From assembly GCF_000142905.1 (NCBI RefSeq), contig NW_013657667.1, forward strand, positions 1 to 5,625: 5,625 bases of DNA. The letters run 5' to 3'. The stretch comes from Thecamonas trahens ATCC 50062 (taxonomy: Eukaryota; Protista; Apusomonadida). A program made the position numbers and the translations under genes. Below the pieces are notes generated by a model. That model ran no database searches. It was not told where the DNA came from and worked only from the letters and a program-made list of their open reading frames with translations. Positions 1-5,625 of this stretch are shown piece after piece (positions within the stretch are counted from its first letter, which is position 1; every line of letters starts with the position of its first letter).

Positions 1-968
1 GATAGCGGATGACGACCCGAGGCGGTTACTGTGGCTGACGCCGAGGCTGCGACTGCTGGGGAGAGAGAGAGGGAGGATGAGGGGGATATGACAAGGGAGA
101 CGGATAAATGATCCATGCATCGCAAACAAGCCAGCTGCTGCGGATCACCATCGGCGCCGGATCGCTGCCGGGCGGGACCCAGTGGGCGACAGCCCAAACA
201 AGCGAGCACACAACCCAAGTTCGAGGCCGAGGTCGAGGATGAGAGGGCAAGATCGAGATCAGAAGGACGAGCAGAAGCGGACTATCGAGTGCAATGACGC
301 AGACACTGTTGGCCTGATGCGCATAAATGTCATCGTCGTCGTCATCGCCATCACCATCACCTCCACCGCCAGTCGCCAGCCCAGCCCAGCCACTCCCCTG
401 CACCGACATCGACACCAACTGACGATGGCGCACCCATGACCACTTCCTAGCCTGATCGTACTCACCCTCCCTTCTACCCTCCTCCCTCTCGCCCCGCAAC
501 TCAAAACTGCCCCTCCTCCAATCCCAAGCCCTCGTCTCCATCGACGCCCCTCCTGCCAACTGCGCCGCTGATCATGACGAGGCCCAAGTCCAACTGGCCG
601 AAAACAAGCCACTCCTCCTCTCACTCTCGTCCCCAACCACATCCTCATCCACGCCTCCCCTCAACCTCTGCACCCACTCCCATTGGCCTACCATGCCTCA
701 ATCCCGACGACGACGGGCACGGCGACTTGGACGACCCGACAGCAATCGCATCAGCAAGACCAGCAGCATCAGCAACACCACCTCTACCACACCCAACACA
801 CCCCAATCACAAGTAAACAAGATCACAGCCACCACCATCTCCCCCATTCCCACCATGACTCTTGCCCCTCGTCATTTACTGCCCAGCCTCCTCCACCTTC
901 ACAAGCCCTCCCCCGATAAAGTACTCGGCCACCATCCGCCGCCGCTCTCTCACCTCGCTCAGCACGCC

Positions 969-2027
969 ATGGATCAAATTCCACGACTTGCCTTCCTCAC
1001 ATGCATCCGCAGCACCTCCTCCCTGCTCGGCATCCGGATCGCCTCCAGGAACTTGCGCCGCTTCCACTCGCGGTACTCGCCAGACGACATCCCACTGCTG
1101 GATTCCGAGCTCGAGCTGCTGCTCCCCTCGTCGCTCACGGCCCCAATCACGCACGACGATTCCCCGTCATCGTCGCTGTCCGACACCATCGGCAGAGCCT
1201 TCCTCCGTCGCCGCGCTCGCTTCCACGCGATCCCCTCCACCACGCCGACGTCCTCCGCATTCCCCACCATCTCATCCACGCTCCACCAGCCAGCTCCAAT
1301 CACAGCCTTGCTGCCGGCGTCAAACACCACCCACCGCTGCACCACTCTGCACAGCAAATCCTCCACTACCCCGGCCTCCACCTTCACCGCATATACAAGC
1401 CCAGGCCGCAGCACGCCCGCCACACACGCCATCTCTTCACGTGTCGGCTTCCACGCCACCCCAGCCCCGACATCTTGCGCCGCCAGCCTTATAGCTTCGC
1501 CCGTTGCTCCTGGATCACCCAGTGCGCCACCCACTGCGCCTCGCGCCGCGTCATCCACCCGGGGACGGCGACATCCCTACCCTGCCAGACCCAGACTCCA
1601 ACCTCATATACAGCATTCCATTGCGCGTCGGGTGCTGGCCTGCATTCCGGGCCACAACCGCCCTCACCATCTTCCTATCGATCACAAACCCTCGCATCGC
1701 CAGGCTCCTACCCTCGACCGCAAACACCGTGCTCCGCTCAGACCTGGCCACTGCCCTCGCCCCAGCATTGCGTTCCATTCGCACACACGCCTCCCGCGGA
1801 TCGACTTCCATCGGCCGGCCCAGATACCCGCTCGCTCGACATCGCTATCTCTTCCGCCAGCGCCAGTCCGGACCCCGCGTGCTCATTTGCAGCTATACAC
1901 CTTGCACGCTGTGACCGCCTCGCGCTTGCCCACCCGCACCCTTCTCGCCACCTCCCTGCGCCGCCCCTGGTCAGCCACAGCAGCCACCACCAACTCTGGT
2001 TGCCATGTCTGGAGATGCCCAAACTGA
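969..2027 (+). CDS. Hypothetical protein or degenerate gene; part of the 693-2027 ORF, internal structure uncertain
   Basis: ACGCCATG start context at 964-971 and C-ending codon periodicity over 969-~1500, like the other + strand genes. The periodicity moves to other frames downstream. No recognisable domain. Confidence 0.3.
   Translation: MDQIPRLAFLTCIRSTSSLLGIRIASRNLRRFHSRYSPDDIPLLDSELELLLPSSLTAPITHDDSPSSSLSDTIGRAFLRRRARFHAIPSTTPTSSAFPTISSTLHQPAPITALLPASNTTHRCTTLHSKSSTTPASTFTAYTSPGRSTPATHAISSRVGFHATPAPTSCAASLIASPVAPGSPSAPPTAPRAASSTRGRRHPYPARPRLQPHIQHSIARRVLACIPGHNRPHHLPIDHKPSHRQAPTLDRKHRAPLRPGHCPRPSIAFHSHTRLPRIDFHRPAQIPARSTSLSLPPAPVRTPRAHLQLYTLHAVTASRLPTRTLLATSLRRPWSATAATTNSGCHVWRCPN
974..1558 (-). 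CDS. Alternative reading of the same locus: hypothetical minus-strand coding segment
   Basis: The exact antisense frame is open for 194 codons, with G-rich first positions and a protein-like composition (V/E/A/G/R, an acidic Ser tract and a basic KRARRRRK patch). It begins at a GTG and has no known homology. Confidence 0.22.
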   Translation of the reverse strand: MDDAARGAVGGALGDPGATGEAIRLAAQDVGAGVAWKPTREEMACVAGVLRPGLVYAVKVEAGVVEDLLCRVVQRWVVFDAGSKAVIGAGWWSVDEMVGNAEDVGVVEGIAWKRARRRRKALPMVSDSDDDGESSCVIGAVSDEGSSSSSSESSSGMSSGEYREWKRRKFLEAIRMPSREEVLRMHVRKASRGI

Positions 2028-2073
2028 TTGATGGTGTCCTTGTCAAGAGACGCGTGTGCTGTGCCGGGTGCCG

Positions 2074-2094
2074 CCCCACCCCCACCCCGCCCCC
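2074..2094 (-). other. Predicted G-quadruplex (i-motif on the + strand)
   Basis: The minus strand reads GGGGG-C-GGGG-T-GGGGG-T-GGGG: four tracts of 4 or more G with 1-nt loops. Confidence 0.6.
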
Positions 2095-2145
2095 GCCTCC
2101 ACCAGCTCTGGCCGGGACACCTCTCCTCTCTTGTCCTGCTACGCC

Positions 2146-2772
2146 ATGTCGTCGCTGGTTGCGTCACTGCTGACCTCCACCGATGCGGCCATTGCCAGCC
2201 CGACGCCGCTGGCCCACACCTTGCTTGCTATTCTCAAGGGCGTCCGCAATGGCCTTGTCTACGGCGTCAAGGTCCGCGCGCCACATGCTTTTGTCATGAC
2301 CTTCCTCTTCCGCGACGGATCGCTCCGTGAGAAGCTGGCAGGCATCCTATCCGCCACTCAGACTCATGCGACCAACCTCGCCGTCTTTGTCGGCCTGTTC
2401 AAGACCGGCATGGCGCTACTGCGCGCGCTCAACGGCTCGTACGCGCCAGTCCACCCGTTCTTCTCCGGCCTCGTCGCCGGCTACACGGTCTTTGGCTCGT
2501 CGACCTCTGTCAACCGTCAGATTGTCCTCTATCTCTTCTCGCGCGTTGCTCTCGCGCTTGCGCAGTACATCTACTCGCGCGCAACAGACGATGCGCCTGC
2601 GCCCAAGCACGCCTTTCCCATCTTTGCTGCTCTCGTCTGGGGCTTGGTCATGTGGCTCTTCTACGAGGAGCGTTCGACCCTGCAGTCCTCGCTCCGCCGC
2701 TCCATGGACTACCTCTACATCAACGCCGACACCTTTTCGGATCTCCGCACTCTCCTCTGGCACAACCAGTAG
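2146..2772 (+). CDS. PXMP4: Peroxisomal membrane protein 4 (PXMP4/PMP24, Tim17-like family), 208 aa
   Basis: Recognisable family motifs: LAILKGVRNGLVYGVKVRAPHAFVMTFLF, HATNLAVFVGLFK, VNRQIVLYLFSRV, FPIFAALVWGLVMWLF, TLQSSLRRSMDYLY and C-terminal LRTLLWHN. The ATG at 2146 has a gccATG context, the stop is TAG followed by TGA, and C-ending codons dominate. Confidence 0.95.
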   Translation: MSSLVASLLTSTDAAIASPTPLAHTLLAILKGVRNGLVYGVKVRAPHAFVMTFLFRDGSLREKLAGILSATQTHATNLAVFVGLFKTGMALLRALNGSYAPVHPFFSGLVAGYTVFGSSTSVNRQIVLYLFSRVALALAQYIYSRATDDAPAPKHAFPIFAALVWGLVMWLFYEERSTLQSSLRRSMDYLYINADTFSDLRTLLWHNQ

Positions 2773-2897
2773 TGATCGCCCCCCCCCCTCCCCTCGTCAC
2801 CCAAACACTTGCGCCACCTTGCCGCGATCCCTCCACCTTCCCCTCACCACCGGCCACAGCAGCCACAGCCCACACTCCACTTCACCCAAGACCAATC

Positions 2898-3614
2898 ATG
2901 TCGTGGCATGCCAGCTACGACTCCTCGGCCTACGTCTACGTTGGTGGCCTCCACGAGAAAATGACCGAGGGCGACGTCATTACCATCATGTCGCAGTTTG
3001 GCGAGGTCATCGACGCCCACCTCGTCCGCGACGACGAGACCGGCGCCTCAAAGTGCTTCGCCTTTGTCGCCTACGAGGACCAGCGCTCCACCGTGCTCGC
3101 CGTCGACAACTTTGCCGGCGTCAAGCTGCTTGGCAAGACGCTCAAGGTCGACCATGCCAACTACCACCGCAAGGTTCCCGAGGGCGCCGACGAGTCGGCC
3201 CCGCCACCGGCGCTCGCCCAGCTCATGGACGCCTGGCGTGCAAACGCAAAGCGACTCGGCGTCTCGCCGCCAGACCCCGACGCCCCTCCTCGCTCCTCCG
3301 ACTCTGCGACGGACATTGCCGCTGACGGCGATGACGCCGCCCTCAAGGCTGCCCTCGATCCCATGGCCGGCCTCATGGCCTCGTACGCTACGAACGACCC
3401 GCCCGCACCCGACGAGCCGCCCAAGTCAACCAGCGACACTCGCTCGCATCGCTCGCATCGCTCACACCGCTCACACCACTCCCGCCGCTCACACCGCTCA
3501 CACCGCTCGCATCGCTCACATCGCTCACGCCACTCTCGTCACGCACATCGCTCGCGCCGCTCGCGCTCACGCTCACGCTCACGCTCGCGCTCCGGCACAG
3601 CGCCAACCTCATAG
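2898..3614 (+). CDS. RBMX2: RBMX2/Ist3/Snu17 RRM protein (RES complex, U2 snRNP-associated) with an RS/RSH-rich tail, 238 aa
   Basis: SWHASYDSSAYVYVGGL (RNP2), TEGDVITIMSQFGE, VRDDETGASKCFAFVAYEDQRSTVLAVDNFAG and LKVDH match the RBMX2/Ist3 signature (SWH..Y.DSA, YEDQRST.LAVDN). The C-terminus carries RS repeats. Confidence 0.93.
   Translation: MSWHASYDSSAYVYVGGLHEKMTEGDVITIMSQFGEVIDAHLVRDDETGASKCFAFVAYEDQRSTVLAVDNFAGVKLLGKTLKVDHANYHRKVPEGADESAPPPALAQLMDAWRANAKRLGVSPPDPDAPPRSSDSATDIAADGDDAALKAALDPMAGLMASYATNDPPAPDEPPKSTSDTRSHRSHRSHRSHHSRRSHRSHRSHRSHRSRHSRHAHRSRRSRSRSRSRSRSGTAPTS
3441..3593 (+). repeat. Coding minisatellite: 9-nt CGCTC(A/G)CA(C/T) units grading into 6-nt CGCTC(A/G) units
   Basis: Read directly; encodes (RSH)4-HSR-(RSH)4-RSR-HSR-HAH-RSR-(RS)6. 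Confidence 0.9.
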
Positions 3615-3639
3615 CCATCCACAAAACTGTTCAATGCTT

Positions 3640-4701
3640 CTACGCGCGGTTGACAAAGTCGACGCCCTTCTGGATCTGGTCGCCGAGCGTGCCGATCATC
3701 TCGTCGTAGTTGGCCTGCTCGAACGCGGTCATCGGGCCGATCGGCTCAACAACCTCGGCGCCCGACGGGCCAAGCTGGACGCGCGACGAGAAGAACGGCG
3801 TGTCAGCCACGTTCGACTCGACAAAGGTGCACTCGCGGATGCCCGAAACGCCCGACGCCGCAGCCAGGAGACGATCGGTGAACCGAGCGCCGGCAACCGC
3901 CATCGAGAGCGTCGCCGAGCCAGCACCGTCCTTGGCCTGGACCACCTCGTCGCCGCCAAACTGGATGCGGTGCGTGAGCGCCGCAATGTCGTCATCGGTA
4001 AACTTGGCGCCCTCGATCTGCGAGAGCAGCGGGAGGATGGTCGTACCGGCGTGGCCGCCAACAACCGTCACGTCGAGCTCCTTCGGGTCGATGTTCTGGT
4101 TGTGGCCGACAAACTGGTTGGCCCGGATGACGTCGAGCGTCGTCACGCCAAACACCTTCTTCGGGTCGTACACGCCGGCCTTCTTGAGCGTCTCGGCCAC
4201 AATCGGCACCGTCGAGTTGACCGGGTTCGAGATGATGCACACAAACGCGTTCGGCGCCGCAGACGCAATCGCCTCGGCCAGCGACTGCACAATCGACGCG
4301 TTGGTGTTGAACAGGTCGTCGCGCGTCATGCCAGGCTTGCGCGGCACGCCCGCAGGCACAACCACGCAGTCCACGTCGGCAAACGCAGCCTCGACGTCGT
4401 CCTTGCCGTAGCCGCTCACCCCGGCCTTGGACGGGATGTGCGAGAGGTCAGCAGCCACACCCGGCGCGCCGACAATGTCGTACAGCCGGAGGTCCGACAC
4501 GTACTGCGAGTTGCGAAGCAGGAGCGAGAGCGGCTGCCCGATCCCGCCCGACGCGCCGGCAACAGCCACCTTGAACCCGGACGCCGTCGACGCGGCCCGC
4601 TTGCCCGAAGAAATCGACGCCACGCCAGCCGCCGGCACCGCGCCACTGGCCACACCCGTAGCACGCACAGCAGCAGTAAGAGCAACAGACGAACGGAACA
4701 T
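3640..4701 (-). CDS. MDH2: NAD-dependent malate dehydrogenase, mitochondrial type, with N-terminal presequence, 353 aa
   Basis: Rossmann motif [60 protein letters not shown], catalytic GGHAG and GSATLSMA. The first ~40 aa are Ala/Ser/Arg-rich with no acidic residues. The first ATG is at 4701; the ORF track start at 4707 is a TTG. Confidence 0.97.
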   Translation of the reverse strand: MFRSSVALTAAVRATGVASGAVPAAGVASISSGKRAASTASGFKVAVAGASGGIGQPLSLLLRNSQYVSDLRLYDIVGAPGVAADLSHIPSKAGVSGYGKDDVEAAFADVDCVVVPAGVPRKPGMTRDDLFNTNASIVQSLAEAIASAAPNAFVCIISNPVNSTVPIVAETLKKAGVYDPKKVFGVTTLDVIRANQFVGHNQNIDPKELDVTVVGGHAGTTILPLLSQIEGAKFTDDDIAALTHRIQFGGDEVVQAKDGAGSATLSMAVAGARFTDRLLAAASGVSGIRECTFVESNVADTPFFSSRVQLGPSGAEVVEPIGPMTAFEQANYDEMIGTLGDQIQKGVDFVNRA

Positions 4702-4713
4702 CCTCAAGTGTGT

Positions 4714-4741
4714 CTACACAAGGTAAAAGAGAGAAAAGGGG
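4714..4741 (-). other. Putative 3' splice acceptor in the MDH 5' leader
   Basis: The minus strand reads CCCCTTTTCTCTCTTTTACCTTGTGTAG, ending 12 nt before the ATG. It runs against the local strand skew. Confidence 0.5.
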
Positions 4742-4814
4742 TACCAGCTCTGCACCCTCCGCTCCTCCCTCTCCCCTGCCCATCCTGTCTCGGCTTCGCT
4801 CCCGTCCCGACGCC

Positions 4815-5007
4815 ATGTCGCGTTGCTCCTCCTCCCGCAGCAAACTCCAGCCAACCGACAGCCGTCTATTATTCGAACAGTGCCAAGCAGCAACTGTCCG
4901 CTTGAACGACCACTCGACCCTCACTCGGCCTCCCCGCGCCGCCCCCCCCCCCCCCCCCCACCCCACTCCTTCGGCCAAGCCCGACCTCTCCACTCCTTCT
5001 GGGCTTG
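4815..5007 (+). CDS. Candidate upstream exon (or uORF) of the Pro-rich gene
   Basis: ACGCCATGTCG start context identical to PXMP4. The translation MSRCSSSRSKLQPTDSRLLFEQCQAATVRLNDHSTL...PSGL ends at a G|GTACGG donor-like site (5008). A phase-1 splice to the CAG at 5238-5240 would join it in frame to the 5261 ORF. Confidence 0.3.
4942..4959 (+). repeat. C18 homopolymer
   Basis: 18 consecutive C, followed by ACCCC. Confidence 0.9.
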
Positions 5008-5121
5008 GTACGGCTTCTTGTAGCGCCTCCTCGCCCTCGTGCCACTCTTCTCCTCACCTTCTCTTTCCTCCCCTAACTTCCAACCCCTCCCTGCCCTCCA
5101 CCCCTGCCCTCTGTACAATAG
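5008..5121 (+). other. Putative spliceosomal intron (114 nt)
   Basis: GTACGG donor, CTAAC branch-like motif at 5073-5077, an AG-free pyrimidine-rich tract, then TAG at 5119-5121. Confidence 0.35.
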
Positions 5122-5260
5122 GTAGCCGTGTGCCGAACACAGGCAGGCGCATTTTTTCTTGCCCCGCCAAATCACCGCTCGCCGCCAGCAACTCACGCCT
5201 CCAACCTCGCGCCCGTGCACGTCTGCTTTTGAACAGGCAGGCAGGCACTTGCTACCGACC

Positions 5261-5625
5261 ATGGGCAAAACCACGAGAAAGTCGTCGTCGTCGTCGTCGT
5301 CGTCAGACGGCTCAGACTCGTCGTCGTCGTTTTCAGACTCGGACTCGTACACCTACTCCTCGTCGTCCTCGTCGTCCTCCTCTAACCAAACCAGCAACGC
5401 TTCGCGGCCCGCCGCCACAACCGGTGCCAAGAATGCCCAGTCAGCCGCAGCACCTCCGCCCATCCCCACCAAGCCGGCTTCGCCCATGAACGCGGTCCTC
5501 CCGCCGCCACCGTCCACTCCGCCGCCGCCAGGCTCGCTCCCACCGCCGCCGCCGGGCAACCCGCCTCCGTCAGGCCCCGTCCTCCCGCCGCCGCCGTCGA
5601 CTCCGCCGCCGCCAGGCTCACTCCC
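5261..5625 (+). CDS. Partial (3'-truncated) Ser-rich then polyproline-rich protein of unknown family
   Basis: accATGg start, and the frame stays open to the window end: MGKTTRKSSSSSSSSDGSDSSSSFSDSDSYTYSSSSSSSSSNQTSNASRPAATTGAKNAQSAAAPPPIPTKPASPMNAVLPPPPSTPPPPGSLPPPPPGNPPPSGPVLPPPPSTPPPPGSL. Differences between the repeat copies are synonymous in this frame. There may be upstream exon(s). Confidence 0.72.
   Translation, partial: MGKTTRKSSSSSSSSDGSDSSSSFSDSDSYTYSSSSSSSSSNQTSNASRPAATTGAKNAQSAAAPPPIPTKPASPMNAVLPPPPSTPPPPGSLPPPPPGNPPPSGPVLPPPPSTPPPPGSL
5282..5383 (+). repeat. (TCG)n/(TCC) trinucleotide tracts encoding poly-Ser
   Basis: (TCG)7 at 5282-5302, with further TCG/TCC runs up to about 5383. 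Confidence 0.85.
5495..5625 (+). repeat. 84-nt (28-aa) tandem repeat, about 1.5 copies visible
   Basis: GTCCTCCCGCCGCC.CCGTC.ACTCCGCCGCCGCCAGGCTC.CTCCC starts at both 5495 and 5579. Unit: VLPPPPSTPPPPGSLPPPPPGNPPPSGP. Confidence 0.88.

Noticed and set aside
26-648. Short overlapping ORFs 26-559, 115-297, 182-439 and 259-648
   Set aside because: Low complexity, mostly non-ATG starts, no motifs and no consistent codon phase.
698-856. 52-aa hydrophobic minus-strand ORF (MVGMGEMVVAVILF...LLMLLVLLMRLLSGRPSRRARRRRD)
   Set aside because: Val/Leu richness follows directly from the CA-rich skew of the + strand, and there is no independent support.
2056-2145. GTG-start extension of PXMP4
   Set aside because: It translates the C-tract. 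The ATG at 2146 has a good context and gives a family-typical length.
2652-2897. N-terminal extension of the RBMX2 ORF overlapping PXMP4
   Set aside because: It has a non-ATG start and crosses a C-rich spacer that lacks stop codons by composition. Homology begins at 2898.
3441-3593. CRISPR-like or telomeric array
   Set aside because: Contiguous 6-9 nt coding units with no spacers, in frame with RBMX2.
3631-3642. Cryptic peroxisomal PTS1 by stop readthrough of MDH (known for animal MDH1)
   Set aside because: The context is TAG AAG CAT TGA. It lacks the TGA-CTA readthrough motif, and the extension xKH is not a PTS1.
2146-4701. Functional cluster of PXMP4, RBMX2 and MDH
   Set aside because: The functions are unrelated (peroxisome, spliceosome, mitochondrial TCA cycle), and adjacency is expected in a compact genome.
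2998-4905. 635-aa + strand ORF overlapping RBMX2 and antisense to MDH
   Set aside because: A typical antisense shadow of a high-GC3 gene: Arg/His/Val-rich with no recognisable motifs.
5261-5489. Poly-Arg reading of the TCG tracts in ORF 4710-5489 and poly-Asp reading on the minus strand
   Set aside because: These are alternative frames of the poly-Ser repeat. The Ser/Pro frame has a good ATG context and synonymous repeat variation.

Overview
GC-rich, gene-dense eukaryotic DNA, probably a protist (the style recalls the apusomonad Thecamonas, but this is unverified). Three well-supported genes have no introns in their coding sequence: PXMP4-family peroxisomal membrane protein (2146-2772, +), the RBMX2/Ist3/Snu17 RES-complex splicing factor (2898-3614, +) and mitochondrial malate dehydrogenase (3640-4701, -). 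The last two converge with only 25 nt between their stop codons. A Ser-rich then Pro-rich ORF starts at 5261 (+) and runs off the window, possibly with an upstream exon from 4815. The 693-2027 region looks coding but has no recognisable homolog, its strand is ambiguous and its codon phase shifts. No RNA genes, CRISPR arrays or mobile elements were seen. I cannot support a clearly new biological system. The best leads are the phase-shifting orphan locus, a strand-wide C/G skew that flips near 300-345, splice-acceptor-like elements just upstream of start codons, and shared upstream motifs.
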